Notes: generated by a model from the sequence alone, not told the origin. Shown: positions 8,641 through 18,202, counted from the stretch's first letter. The stretch is DNA of 64,000 nt from Candidatus Aenigmatarchaeota archaeon (GCA_016213525.1 JACRAE010000005.1:145405-209404); one strand, 5' to 3'. Made by a program: numbers and translations.

Positions 8641-9414
8641 ATGACCCGCGTTATCGGAGTCATAGGCGGAAAGGGTGGAATAGGCAAGACCACGCTGGTC
8701 TCCAACCTGTCGTGCGCGCTCGCGGCCCTCGGGCAGAACGTCGTCGCGATAGACACGAACATGACCACCCCGAACCTTGGACTCCATCTGGGACTCCATT
8801 TGTCACCGCAATCCCTGCACGACGTGCTGAAGGGGAGGGCGAAGATGCACGAGGCGATGTACCCGCATCCGGGTGGGTTCAAGGTTGTGCCCGCGAGCAT
8901 GGCCGTCGACGACCTGCAGGGAGTGGACATAGGCAAGCTCCCGGCGGCGGTGATGACCCTCTACGGGAAGACAGACTTCGTCATTTTGGACTGCGGCGCG
9001 GGTCTGGGCAGGGAGGCGCTGTCGTCGATTAAGACTGCAGACGAGATACTCCTCATCACCAACCCGGACCTACCTTCAGTTGCAGATGCTCTGAAGACGG
9101 TGAAGATAGTCGAGGACAGCGAGAAGAAGATACTCGGCGTGGTCCTGAACAGGGTTCGCGGGAGCTCGCACGAGCTGACGGTAGAGCAGGTCGAGAAGAT
9201 GCTCGGCTACCGCGTCGTCTCGCAGGTGCCGGACGACAGGGTGGTGCCGAAGGCGATATCGATGAAGGTGCCCATCTTCCTGCACGACCCGCACTCGCCA
9301 GCGGCGGTTGAGTTCAACAGGCTCGCGCACATGCTCGTCGGCAAGCACTTCGCCCACAAGCCGAGGTCGAAGTTCGGCGTGATGGGCATGCTGATAAACT
9401 GGGTGTCGAGATAG
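8641..9414 (+). CDS. minD: MinD/ParA-family ATPase
   Basis: Deviant Walker A GGKGGIGKTT at the N-terminus (MTRVIGVIGGKGGIGKTTLVSNL), Walker B DFVILDCGAG. Start at ATG 8641. The track's extension to 8320 is antisense to the NYN gene. Confidence 0.9.
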   Translation: MTRVIGVIGGKGGIGKTTLVSNLSCALAALGQNVVAIDTNMTTPNLGLHLGLHLSPQSLHDVLKGRAKMHEAMYPHPGGFKVVPASMAVDDLQGVDIGKLPAAVMTLYGKTDFVILDCGAGLGREALSSIKTADEILLITNPDLPSVADALKTVKIVEDSEKKILGVVLNRVRGSSHELTVEQVEKMLGYRVVSQVPDDRVVPKAISMKVPIFLHDPHSPAAVEFNRLAHMLVGKHFAHKPRSKFGVMGMLINWVSR

Positions 9415-9423
9415 TTCTGAAAA

Positions 9424-11052
9424 TTAGATTCCCTCTAGGTCGAGCTCGAAAACCGTGGTCGGCATCCCTATCTCCCAGTTCTGCACGACCTTCGGGTGCA
9501 GCTCGCCGAACGTGCCGATGTACCTGTCCCCCATGTAGACGTCCACGCCCCTCCCGGGTATGTACATGGGACTGTCGCATTCCCTGAAAGAGCAGCCGCG
9601 ACCCATGCTCTTCATCATGCCGTCGAAGACGAAGTTCATCTCGCCGAATCCCGACTTGCTGTGGCACACCGCGCCCGCGACCCTCCTCTCGTTCCTCGCC
9701 CCGGTCTCCTCCGCCTTGTCCGGCAGGACCACGTCCCCGACCTCGAAGACGTTCTGCGGGTACTCGTTGTGCCTGTTCGCCGCGAGGAACTTCAGCATTC
9801 CCGGGACCAGAGAGGCGCGCGCGCAGCTGTAATCCGCGGACGACGGGTTCTCGAGCTCGACGACCTCCCTCCCGGAGAGCTCCATCTTTTCTATCTGGTC
9901 CGACGGGTTCGAAAGTGCGCTGCCGATTATCTCCTGGAAGCCGAACCCCACGAGGGAGATGCTCGCCTTCCTCGACATCCTCTCCACGTCCGTCTGCCTT
10001 CCCGTCGTGTGCACCGCCGGTATCTCTGGCTTGAAGTTGTTGTAGCCGTACGCTATCGCCACGTCCTCCACTATGTCGACCGGGTGCAGCACGTCGGCCC
10101 TGTAAGCGGGGACTATGACCTCCATCTTCTCGCCGCTGCCGAGCGTGTCGTATCCCATCCTGCTCAGAAGGGAAATTATTTCCTTGGACGAGAGCGACGT
10201 GCCGAGGGTCCTGTTCACCATCCCGGTCCCAATCTCCATCACTCCCTCCGACAGGTCCGGCGTGACCTCGCTCCTCCTCTCGTGCCTCATCTTCACGCCC
10301 TCGACCGGGAACCTCTCGCCGAAGTTGGAGATTAAAATCGCCATCACGTCCCTCACCGCCTGCTTGTCCGTCCCTGTGACTTCCACGAAGAGGTTCTTCG
10401 TCTTGTCCGTGACCGCCGTCCTCTGCGAGTTGAGGATCGGGGGGAAGCTGATTATCCCCGACTGATCGGTGAAAACGGGCCACATCTTCGAGCCTTTGAT
10501 TATGGGCCCGTACTCCTTTCCTTTCTCCGTATTTTCCAAAACTTCCGAGAGCTTCATTTCTTCCTTTTCTCCGAGCGCGGTCATCTTCTCGTTCCTCGAG
10601 ACGGACTGGTAGGTTATCTTTCCCTTGATCTTGTCGAGGTCGTGCACGCCGACCGCGACCTTCGCCCTCCTCCTTCCGATTGAAGACGAGAGGGACTCCT
10701 GTATCTGGATCATGCTCTCGAAGAAGTCCTTCATCTCGACCTTCCTCACCACGGCAGTGGAGACGTAGGGCCTCGATGAGACCGCGGTCATCCTCATCTC
10801 GACCTTTGGCTTCCCTATTTTATATTTCGTCAGGCCCTTCCTCGTGCCCATGTACGTCGACACGGAGCGCGCCAGGCCCTCGATGCCGAACAGGTCCGGC
10901 CTGTCCGCGGTGTGCTCTACAATTATTTCATTTCCTTCGAAGCCCTCCACGTTCGGCTTGACGAGCTGTATCGCCTCTGAAAGCTGCTCGTCGCTGAGCC
11001 TCTTCCCTATCAATTTCCTCAGCTGGACCTTGTCGTACCTTATCACCGGCAT
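9424..11052 (-). CDS. pheT: phenylalanyl-tRNA synthetase beta subunit (archaeal type)
   Basis: 542 aa. B3/4 and B5 region patterns (VGVHDLDKIKG, ISFPPILNS) and class II-like C-terminal fold. Sits directly downstream of pheS. Confidence 0.9.
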   Translation of the reverse strand: MPVIRYDKVQLRKLIGKRLSDEQLSEAIQLVKPNVEGFEGNEIIVEHTADRPDLFGIEGLARSVSTYMGTRKGLTKYKIGKPKVEMRMTAVSSRPYVSTAVVRKVEMKDFFESMIQIQESLSSSIGRRRAKVAVGVHDLDKIKGKITYQSVSRNEKMTALGEKEEMKLSEVLENTEKGKEYGPIIKGSKMWPVFTDQSGIISFPPILNSQRTAVTDKTKNLFVEVTGTDKQAVRDVMAILISNFGERFPVEGVKMRHERRSEVTPDLSEGVMEIGTGMVNRTLGTSLSSKEIISLLSRMGYDTLGSGEKMEVIVPAYRADVLHPVDIVEDVAIAYGYNNFKPEIPAVHTTGRQTDVERMSRKASISLVGFGFQEIIGSALSNPSDQIEKMELSGREVVELENPSSADYSCARASLVPGMLKFLAANRHNEYPQNVFEVGDVVLPDKAEETGARNERRVAGAVCHSKSGFGEMNFVFDGMMKSMGRGCSFRECDSPMYIPGRGVDVYMGDRYIGTFGELHPKVVQNWEIGMPTTVFELDLEGI

Positions 11053-11053
11053 G

Positions 11054-12316
11054 TCATTCCACCATCGACTTGTCGCGCAGCCACTGCACGTTCTCCGAAT
11101 ATATGTCGCGTATGTCGGAGGAGCCCATCCTGATCATCGCGAGCCTCCCGACGCCCATCCCGAACGCAAGCACGGGCAGCTCCACTCCGAGAGGAGCCGT
11201 TACCTCGGGCCTCATTATCCCCGCCCCGCCGCTCTCCACCCAGCCGAGGCCTGGTATGTTAGCGTAGATCTCGAGTGAGGGCTCGGTGAACGGGAAGTAC
11301 GAAGGCTTGAACCTCACGTCCTCCGCGCCGAACATCTTCCCGATCTCCCTCAGGTAGCCGAGGAGGTGGCGGAAGTTCAGGTTCTCACCGACAATTATCC
11401 CCTCGCACTGGTCGAAGTCCGTGAGGTGCTTGGCGTCGACGACGTCGTGCCTGAACACCCTGTCTATCGCGAAGACCTTGTAGGGGGCGCCCTCGGACCT
11501 CCTACTGGCCATCTCCCTGGCCGAAACGGCGGTGTTCTGCGACTTCATCACCAGCTTCCTGGCGACCTCTGCCCTCCACTTGCCCCATCCCCTGCTCCCT
11601 GTCGTCCAGCCGAACTCGTGGGTCGCCTTGACCCTGTCCCAGAGTCCCTGGTCCAAAATTTTAGAATCCGAATCGGACTTCACCGAGAGCGCGTCGTGCG
11701 TCCCCCTGCCAGGGTGGTCCTGCGGCATGAACAGCGCGTCGAAGTTCCAGAACTCGCTCTCGACGTACGGGCCCCTCGCCTCCTCGAAGCCCATGCCGAC
11801 CATCTTGTCCCGCAGGCTGTTGATGAGCTGCCTGTAGGGGTGCAGCTTGCCTTGGAACATCGCGCGGGGCTGCTGCCTGATCGACTTGTCGTACGGCGCG
11901 AAGCCCTTTGCCTGCTTCCACACCCCGGTCTTGATCATCTCCGGAGTGATTTGCACTATGTAGCCGCCCCTCACCCGCTTCTCCAGCGCCTCGACCTCGT
12001 GGCTCACCTTCTCCGCGAGCTTCCTCTCGACCAGGACCCTCGCCTCGTCGTCCGAGAGCGGCCTGCCGTCGGCGACCTTCCTCAAAATCTCCATCTCTGG
12101 GAACTTCCCCGCGCCCGCCGGGAATATCTTCCCCTCCCTGACCTCGACCATCCCCTTCGCTTTGGCCCATTGGATGGCGATGCCGAAGCCCTCCACGTTC
12201 TTCTGGGCGTCCTGGAAGGACACCGGGCCTTCGGAGAAGATCTTGGCGAGTCTCATCTCGGGCAGGCCTATCGCCAGGTACTTCCTCCCCTCCTCGGTGA
12301 GCCTGTAGTCGGACAT
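11054..12316 (-). CDS. pheS: phenylalanyl-tRNA synthetase alpha subunit
   Basis: Class II motifs: HPYRQLINSLRDKMVGMGFEE (motif 1 region), FMPQDHPGR, VFRHD...HLTDFDQCEG (motif 2), GAGIMRPEV..GMGVGRLAM (motif 3). Confidence 0.95.
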   Translation of the reverse strand: MSDYRLTEEGRKYLAIGLPEMRLAKIFSEGPVSFQDAQKNVEGFGIAIQWAKAKGMVEVREGKIFPAGAGKFPEMEILRKVADGRPLSDDEARVLVERKLAEKVSHEVEALEKRVRGGYIVQITPEMIKTGVWKQAKGFAPYDKSIRQQPRAMFQGKLHPYRQLINSLRDKMVGMGFEEARGPYVESEFWNFDALFMPQDHPGRGTHDALSVKSDSDSKILDQGLWDRVKATHEFGWTTGSRGWGKWRAEVARKLVMKSQNTAVSAREMASRRSEGAPYKVFAIDRVFRHDVVDAKHLTDFDQCEGIIVGENLNFRHLLGYLREIGKMFGAEDVRFKPSYFPFTEPSLEIYANIPGLGWVESGGAGIMRPEVTAPLGVELPVLAFGMGVGRLAMIRMGSSDIRDIYSENVQWLRDKSMVE

Positions 12317-12319
12317 ATG

Positions 12320-13039
12320 TCATCTCGCCATGTGCTTGTCGTACCACTTCAGGCTGAAGCTCCTGCCGGTCAGCATGAGCCTGAGCCAGGCCAGGAGGTA
12401 CCTGTCGGGCACCCTCATGCCCATCTTCTCCAGCCTTCTGTGCGACGTGAGGGCGATTGTGTTTGTGAGGAACTTCACCCTGCCCAGCTTGCCGATGCGC
12501 ATCGAGAGGTGGAAGTCCTCCAGGATGCCGACGTCGTCGCTGAAGCCGCCGACCTTCTCAAAGGCGTCCCTCCTGTAGGTGCAGAACATTCCCGCTATCT
12601 GGGGCTTCCTCAATATCGTCGAGACACGGGCCATGGAGTTGTAGAACATGTAGACGGAGACGTACCTTATGTCCGCGGATATAGGGAGCACCGGGCACGA
12701 CGCCCCCACAACGCCCCTCCTCTTGTACGCCTTCAGAATCTCCTCCAGGGTCTCGGGAAGGAGCATGGAGTCCGCGTCCAGGAAGACGAGCACGTCGGCC
12801 CTCGCAATCTTGGCGCCGACGTTCCTACCCTCGGCGACGCCGCACTTCCTCACGACCAGATGGTTGATGTACTTCCTCGCGACCTTGACGGTCCTGTCGG
12901 CCGAGCACGCGTCGACCAGGATGACCTCGATGTTCTTCACGGTCTGGTTCCTGACGGACCTGAGGCAGTGCTCTATGTTCTTCTCCTCGTTCCTGGTCGT
13001 GACTATGACGCTCGCTGCCGGCTTGCCCCACAAATTCAA
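12320..13039 (-). CDS. family-2 glycosyltransferase
   Basis: SVIVTTRNEEKNIEHCLRSVRNQT...EVILVDACSADRT...VFLDADS (GT-A DxD). TTG start overlaps the trpS stop (TTGA). Confidence 0.8.
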   Translation of the reverse strand: MNLWGKPAASVIVTTRNEEKNIEHCLRSVRNQTVKNIEVILVDACSADRTVKVARKYINHLVVRKCGVAEGRNVGAKIARADVLVFLDADSMLLPETLEEILKAYKRRGVVGASCPVLPISADIRYVSVYMFYNSMARVSTILRKPQIAGMFCTYRRDAFEKVGGFSDDVGILEDFHLSMRIGKLGRVKFLTNTIALTSHRRLEKMGMRVPDRYLLAWLRLMLTGRSFSLKWYDKHMAR

Positions 13040-14151
13040 TCCCTCAACATGAACTTCTCGGTCCTGCCCTTAGCCTTTCCCCTTGCCTTTTGGTGGGACT
13101 TCAGGAACGCGTTGAGCCTGTCCGCGAGGATTGTTTTTATCTCGCCGGTCAGCATCTTTCCCGAGGAGTAGTCGTCCCCGATCCTCTTCAGCTTCCTGTC
13201 GTCCTCCTCGAAGAACCTCATCCACTGGTAAGAGATGTCCTTCTCCAGATCGGCTCCAAGTTTCCTCTGCTCCTCCACCGTGTCCCTCCCGCCGGAGAAC
13301 GCGTACCTCATCACCTTCTTCTTCACCTCTTCCGGCGTGTCCGTCAAAAATATCGACGACCTCGGGTCGCTGGAGCTCATCTTCGCGTCCATGCCGAGCA
13401 GGCTGGGGAAGAACTTGCTGTGTATCTGCGCGGGCTTCGGGCAACCCATCTTCGCCGCCACGTCTCGGGCGGGCCTCCAGTAGTCGTCCTGGTCTATCGC
13501 GGCCGGCACCAGGCACTGCATGTCGCCCTTTCCGAGCTCCTTCGGCAGGAAGCACGGCGCCATCTGCATCGCCGGGAAGAAGGAGATGCCCATGTTGGAG
13601 CTGTCAGTGAAGCCGAAGACCGCCTTGTTCGTCGAGGTCGTGATGTTGCGCGCCACCTTTATCGCAATCTTGTACAGAGTCTTCGCGTACTCGGTGTTCA
13701 CGAAGATGTGCGTCCTCTTAGGGTCGAATCCCAGCGCTATGATGTCGGCGATGTTGTCGTACGCGAGCCTGTGCGTCTCCTCCAGGGAGAGGTCGCGCAT
13801 GAGGAACTTCTCGTCGTCCGTTATCTGGATGTAGAGGTCGACCTTGAACTTCTCCTGCAGCCACTTCGTGAACATCAGCGGCACCAGGTGGCCCATGTGC
13901 ATCCCCCCGGACGGCCCCCTGCCCGTGTATAAGAAAAACTTCTCCCCGTCCTCATATTTCTTCAGCACCACGTCCAGGTCCCTGTGCGAGAAGAACACCT
14001 GCCTTGTCAGGTACGGGTGCAGGTCCTTCGTGAGCCTCCTCATCCTCTCCAGCAGGGCCTGGTCGATCTTCTTCGTCCCGAACCTCTCGATGAGCTTGTT
14101 GTAGTCGACCTTTCCCGAGACCTCCCAGGGCGTGACCTTGAACTCGTCCAT
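13036..14151 (-). CDS. trpS: tryptophanyl-tRNA synthetase (archaeal/eukaryotic type)
   Basis: VTPWEVSGKVDYNKLIERFG, TGRGPSGGMHMGHLVP (HIGH-like), KMSSS (KMSKS-like). Confidence 0.95.
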   Translation of the reverse strand: MDEFKVTPWEVSGKVDYNKLIERFGTKKIDQALLERMRRLTKDLHPYLTRQVFFSHRDLDVVLKKYEDGEKFFLYTGRGPSGGMHMGHLVPLMFTKWLQEKFKVDLYIQITDDEKFLMRDLSLEETHRLAYDNIADIIALGFDPKRTHIFVNTEYAKTLYKIAIKVARNITTSTNKAVFGFTDSSNMGISFFPAMQMAPCFLPKELGKGDMQCLVPAAIDQDDYWRPARDVAAKMGCPKPAQIHSKFFPSLLGMDAKMSSSDPRSSIFLTDTPEEVKKKVMRYAFSGGRDTVEEQRKLGADLEKDISYQWMRFFEEDDRKLKRIGDDYSSGKMLTGEIKTILADRLNAFLKSHQKARGKAKGRTEKFMLRD

Positions 14152-14152
14152 A

Positions 14153-14164
14153 CCTTTAATTTCT
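14153..14164 (+). promoter_or_regulatory. TATA-like box (pilin promoter 12-mer)
   Basis: cctttaatttct, 22 nt before GTG 14187. Identical 12-mer at 21852..21863, 21 nt before ATG 21885. Confidence 0.5.
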
Positions 14165-14186
14165 GTTCCTACGTAATAATCTTTGA

Positions 14187-14588
14187 GTGTCCGCCTTGCA
14201 GAAGGGAATTTCCTACATCATAGCGAGCCTGATGGTCATTTTGATAGCGGTTGGGCTGTCGCTGGCGGTCTACTTCTACACGGACAAGTACGTCGGCAGG
14301 ACCATAGGCAAATCCGTGGAATTCCTGGACGCGGCCTGCAGCACGGCATCCGGATCGTACCTCGTCACGATAAGGAACACCGCGCTCTTCGAGCCCCTGC
14401 CCACGGGGGACATATCCCTGAACGTGGACGGCGTGCCCCAGATAGGTAACATGCAGTGGGACGTCCCCCGGATAGCCGAGAAGGGAGGGATAGGCGTGGG
14501 CACGATATCCGGCTCCGCCCCGGGGAACCACAGGATAAAGATAGTCAGCCCCGTCACGCAGCCTCAGGAGCTGGCAGTGGCGTGCTGA
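14187..14588 (+). CDS. type IV pilin-like protein (class III signal)
   Basis: N-terminus (GTG)SALQKG|ISYIIASLMVILIAVGLSLAVYFY: basic residue, Gly, then a roughly 22-residue hydrophobic helix. Last residue is Cys (..ELAVAC). The 12-mer cctttaatttct lies 22-23 nt upstream, as for pilin 21885. Confidence 0.75.
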   Translation: MSALQKGISYIIASLMVILIAVGLSLAVYFYTDKYVGRTIGKSVEFLDAACSTASGSYLVTIRNTALFEPLPTGDISLNVDGVPQIGNMQWDVPRIAEKGGIGVGTISGSAPGNHRIKIVSPVTQPQELAVAC

Positions 14589-14627
14589 CCCAATCACCGT
14601 AAATACTTCCGCCGCGACTTCTGATTC

Positions 14628-15023
14628 ATGGAAATGGAGTACACGCTCGAGCTCCCGAAGAAGTTCGCCGGGGACGAGATAGCGGAGATAATCGGCGAGG
14701 CAGCGTCCAGCATAAAGTGGAGGTACGAGGAGATACCGTGCTTCTCCGTCACCAGGGCCTCGCAGGGTCCGAAGATTGAGAGCTACGGCATAAGGGTCCA
14801 TAAGGGGGGAGTTTTGTCCAGGATCAGGGACAGGCACATAGTTTTCCAGGTCTCGTCGAACGACGAGGGGTACCACGACTACCCGGAGGACAGGATAAGG
14901 GGCGACGGGGTGTACTCCGCCCTCGTGATGTACGGGTACAGGATCAGCATGGACGACCTCGCGAGGTTCGTGGGCAGCTTCGACTCCATAGTCGAGGAGA
15001 AGATGGAGAACTCCCTGAAATGA
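14628..15023 (+). CDS. hypothetical protein
   Basis: 131-aa ORF with balanced composition. The longer antisense ORF 14169..15074 is R/P/G/H-rich junk. No motif recognised. Confidence 0.5.
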   Translation: MEMEYTLELPKKFAGDEIAEIIGEAASSIKWRYEEIPCFSVTRASQGPKIESYGIRVHKGGVLSRIRDRHIVFQVSSNDEGYHDYPEDRIRGDGVYSALVMYGYRISMDDLARFVGSFDSIVEEKMENSLK

Positions 15024-15035
15024 GGCTTCTGGAAA

Positions 15036-15045
15036 ACTTATAAAC
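15036..15045 (+). promoter_or_regulatory. TATA-like box
   Basis: acttataaac, about 28 nt upstream of the rps6e ATG 15068. Confidence 0.45.
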
Positions 15046-15067
15046 CTCCCATCCGTAAAGATATTCC

Positions 15068-15469
15068 ATGGCAAACTTCAAGTTCGTCGTCAGCGAGCCC
15101 CAGACCAGGAAGTCCTACCAGATAGAGGTGGACCAGGGAAGGGGCGCCGGAGTGATAGGCAAGAAGCTCGGCGAGGAGTTCGACGGCGACATCATAGGCC
15201 TGACGGGGTACAAGCTCCAGATTACGGGCGGGTCCGACAAGGACGGGTTCCCGATGATAAAGGGGGAATCGGGGCCAGGGAAGAGGAGGGTACTGCTTAT
15301 AGCCGCGCCGGGGTTCCACCCGACGATACAGGGCCAGAGGAAGAGGAAGTCCGTGCGCGGGGACACCATCTCCGAGGACACGATGCAGATCAACACGAAG
15401 GTCGTGAAGGCCGGCACCCAGACTCTTGAGGAGCTCGCGCCAAAGAAAGCCGAAGGCGAGAAGAAGTAG
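15068..15469 (+). CDS. rps6e: 30S ribosomal protein S6e
   Basis: MANFKFVVSEPQTRKSYQIEVD...GYKLQITGGSDKDGFPM...RKRKSVRG. Confidence 0.92.
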   Translation: MANFKFVVSEPQTRKSYQIEVDQGRGAGVIGKKLGEEFDGDIIGLTGYKLQITGGSDKDGFPMIKGESGPGKRRVLLIAAPGFHPTIQGQRKRKSVRGDTISEDTMQINTKVVKAGTQTLEELAPKKAEGEKK

Positions 15470-15486
15470 ATTCCGCCCCCAAAACG

Positions 15487-15498
15487 TTTTATTTAAAA
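15487..15498 (+). promoter_or_regulatory. TATA-like box
   Basis: ttttatttaaaa, about 28 nt upstream of the aIF2-gamma ATG 15520. Confidence 0.5.
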
Positions 15499-15519
15499 CT
15501 CCCGCGACAATAGACTTAC

Positions 15520-16743
15520 ATGGCATCGCAGGCGACGAAGACGAAGGAGCTCGACCCCAGGCTCATACCCGAGGCGAACATAGGACTCGTCGGTCACGTC
15601 GCGCACGGGAAGACCACTCTGACGAGGGCTTTGACAGGCAAGCTGACGCTCACCCACTCGGAGGAATTGAAGAGGGGAATCACGATAAGGCTCGGATACG
15701 CCGACGCGACGATTTTCAAGAAGAAGGGCGGCGGCCTCACGACGGACCCGAAGGAGGGAGCAGAGCCGCTGAGGACGATAAGCTTCGTCGACGCCCCGGG
15801 GCACGAGACCCTGATGGCGACGGTCCTGAGCGGCGCGAGCCTCATGGACGGGGCTATATTAATGGTGTCGGCGGTGGAGAAGTGCCCGCAGCCGCAGACG
15901 AGGGAGCACCTCGCGGCATTGGAGGTCGTCGGGATAAAGAGCGTCGTCGTCGTGCAGAACAAGGTCGACCTGGTCACGCCCGAGAGGGCCATGGAGAGCT
16001 ACAACGAGATCAAGTCGTTTTTGAAGGGCAGCATAATCGAGGACGCCCCTGTCATACCCGTCTCGGCTCAGCACGGCGTCAACGTGGACGTGGTGCTGGA
16101 GGCGCTGGAGAAGTTCGTGCCCACGCCGAAGAGGTCGGAGGTGAAGGAGCCCAGGATGCTCGTCGCGAGGAGCTTCGACATCAACAAGCCGGGCGCGGAG
16201 ATAAGGAAGCTGGCGGGCGGCGTTCTGGGCGGCTCGATAATCCAGGGCGAGTTCAAGGTCGGGGACGAGATTGAGATCAGGCCGGGCGTGAAGATGGGCG
16301 AGAAGTACAGGAGCCTGAAGTCCACAATCACGGGGCTGCACAAGGCGGGCTTCAAGCTCGAGTCGACGGGGCCGGGCGGTCTGATGGGCCTGATGACGGA
16401 CCTCGACCCGTACCTCACGAAGTCCGACTCCCTTGTGGGGAACATGATAGGCTACCCGGGAAAGCTACCTGACGCCAGGGACGTGCTGTCGCTGAAGGTC
16501 ACGATGATCAAGAGGGTTGTCGGGGCGGAGGACTTCGCCGGGACGAAGCCGATGAAGGTCGGGGACAACCTGCTCCTGAACGTCGGCACCGCTAGGTCCG
16601 TCGGGGAGATATCGAACATCAAGAAGGACAACGTCGACATGAGGCTCAAGATACCGCTCGTCGCGGACAAGGGCTCCAGGGTCGTGATATCCAGGATGCT
16701 CGGCGGCCGATGGAGGCTAGTCGGGTACGGCACGATAGCCTGA
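15520..16743 (+). CDS. eif2g: translation initiation factor aIF2 gamma subunit
   Basis: GTPase motifs GHVAHGKTTL, DAPGHE, NKVD, SAQ, followed by domain II/III. Confidence 0.95.
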   Translation: MASQATKTKELDPRLIPEANIGLVGHVAHGKTTLTRALTGKLTLTHSEELKRGITIRLGYADATIFKKKGGGLTTDPKEGAEPLRTISFVDAPGHETLMATVLSGASLMDGAILMVSAVEKCPQPQTREHLAALEVVGIKSVVVVQNKVDLVTPERAMESYNEIKSFLKGSIIEDAPVIPVSAQHGVNVDVVLEALEKFVPTPKRSEVKEPRMLVARSFDINKPGAEIRKLAGGVLGGSIIQGEFKVGDEIEIRPGVKMGEKYRSLKSTITGLHKAGFKLESTGPGGLMGLMTDLDPYLTKSDSLVGNMIGYPGKLPDARDVLSLKVTMIKRVVGAEDFAGTKPMKVGDNLLLNVGTARSVGEISNIKKDNVDMRLKIPLVADKGSRVVISRMLGGRWRLVGYGTIA

Positions 16744-16797
16744 TTAGAAAATTCTGACTTTTAGGGAATGGTGCCGCCTAAATCTTAACCCGAGGAA

Positions 16798-17232
16798 TCA
16801 GCAGGAGACCGGAATCTGGTTCGCCTTGCCCGTCGGGCCTATGACCTTCATCCTGTGGGTCGTGCCCGGGACGCAGTTGACCTGGCCCGCGACCCCCGTG
16901 TTGGAGCACGCGATGCTGGCGAGCGACGTGTTGTCAAAAGTGACTATCCCCTTCCCGAGGAACTCGGAGTACTGGAGCCACGTCGGGGCGACCGGTATCT
17001 CGTCGACCCTGAAGGCTATCTCGCTGAGGCTGATGTTCTCGAACGAGTCGAGGTTCCTGACCGTTATGTAGTAGTTGCTGACCCCGGCGGCGCAGCTGGC
17101 GTCCGAGACCTCTATCTGCTTCGCAGTCTGCGTGGTGAAGAGGTTCTGTATGTAGCCGTACGCGGTTATCGCGAGGCCCACGGTTATCACGAGCATGAGC
17201 AGAGTCGCTATTACGGCAGATATTCCCTTCAT
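16798..17232 (-). CDS. type IV pilin-like protein (class III signal)
   Basis: MKG|ISAVIATLLMLVITVGLAITAYGY. Four Cys. Last residue is Cys (..QIPVSC). Confidence 0.8.
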   Translation of the reverse strand: MKGISAVIATLLMLVITVGLAITAYGYIQNLFTTQTAKQIEVSDASCAAGVSNYYITVRNLDSFENISLSEIAFRVDEIPVAPTWLQYSEFLGKGIVTFDNTSLASIACSNTGVAGQVNCVPGTTHRMKVIGPTGKANQIPVSC

Positions 17233-17260
17233 CTTAATCCTTACAGTAAATTGTCGGGGA

Positions 17261-17272
17261 CAATATATAAGC
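17261..17272. promoter_or_regulatory. bidirectional TATA-like element
   Basis: caatatataagc is centred 29 nt from PIN ATG 17295 and 34 nt from pilin ATG 17232 on the opposite strand. Confidence 0.45.
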
Positions 17273-17294
17273 GCTTCGAACCCAAATCAGAAGC

Positions 17295-17657
17295 ATGAGG
17301 GTTCTCATGGACACGAACTTCATAATGGACTGCTTCCGCTACAGGGTTGACATGGCCGCGGTCTTCGACTTCTTCCCGGGGGCGAGGCTGGCGACGATAC
17401 CGCAGGTCGTCTCGGAGCTCAGGATGCTGGCCTCGAGGAAGTCCACGCACGGCAGGTACGCCAAGGTGGCGATGAGCCTGATAGACGGGATAGAGATACT
17501 AGAGGCTGCCCAGGGAAAGGCGGACGACGTCCTCGTGGACATGGCTAGCAAGGCCAACGTGGTGGCGACGAACGACGAGGTCCTGAGGAAGAGGATAACG
17601 AAAAGGGGCCTGAAAACTATTTATCTCCGCGCGAAGAAGCAATTAGCTGTCAGCTGA
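17295..17657 (+). CDS. PIN-domain protein (Fcf1/Utp24-like, conserved neighbour of aIF2-gamma)
   Basis: MRVLMDTNFIM...TIPQVVSEL...VVATNDEVLRKR gives the PIN acidic residues D6/E/D/N-D. 120 aa. Confidence 0.75.
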   Translation: MRVLMDTNFIMDCFRYRVDMAAVFDFFPGARLATIPQVVSELRMLASRKSTHGRYAKVAMSLIDGIEILEAAQGKADDVLVDMASKANVVATNDEVLRKRITKRGLKTIYLRAKKQLAVS

Positions 17658-17675
17658 CATCGGTGAAAATTCATT

Positions 17676-18197
17676 ATGGACCTCTGGAAAGACCTCAAGC
17701 CCGGCAAGAACCCCCCCGAGGAGGTGGACGTGGTGGTCGAGATTCCGAAGGGCTCTAGGAACAAGTTCGAGATAGACAAGGAGACCGGCCTGATCAAGCT
17801 GGACAGGGTGCTCCACAGGCCGTTCAGGTACGAGTGGGACTACGGCTTCATACCCCAGACGCTGGCCGACGACGGGGACCCGCTGGACGGGGTCATAATC
17901 GTGGACCAGCCGAGCTTCCCGGGGGCCGTGATTCCGTGCAGGCCGATAGGCGTGATGCACATGATAGACCAGGGGGAGGGCGACGACAAGATAGTATGCG
18001 TGCCCGCGGACGACCCGGACTCGAAGGCGGTCAAGTCCCTGTCCAAGGCGCAGGAGTCGAGGATGAGGAAGTGGTTCGAGGGGTACAAGAGGAAGGAGAA
18101 GAAGAAGGTCGAGATTACGGGCTTCGAGGACGCCGCCGCCGCGAGAAGGTATATAAAGAATGCGATTGAACTCTACAAGAAGAAGGTAAAGGGATAG
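17676..18197 (+). CDS. ppa: inorganic pyrophosphatase (family I)
   Basis: VVVEIPKGSRNKFEIDKETGLIKLDRVL..YGFIPQTLADDGDPLDGVII..DDKIVCVP. Confidence 0.93.
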   Translation: MDLWKDLKPGKNPPEEVDVVVEIPKGSRNKFEIDKETGLIKLDRVLHRPFRYEWDYGFIPQTLADDGDPLDGVIIVDQPSFPGAVIPCRPIGVMHMIDQGEGDDKIVCVPADDPDSKAVKSLSKAQESRMRKWFEGYKRKEKKKVEITGFEDAAAARRYIKNAIELYKKKVKG

Positions 18198-18202
18198 CCG
18201 TT

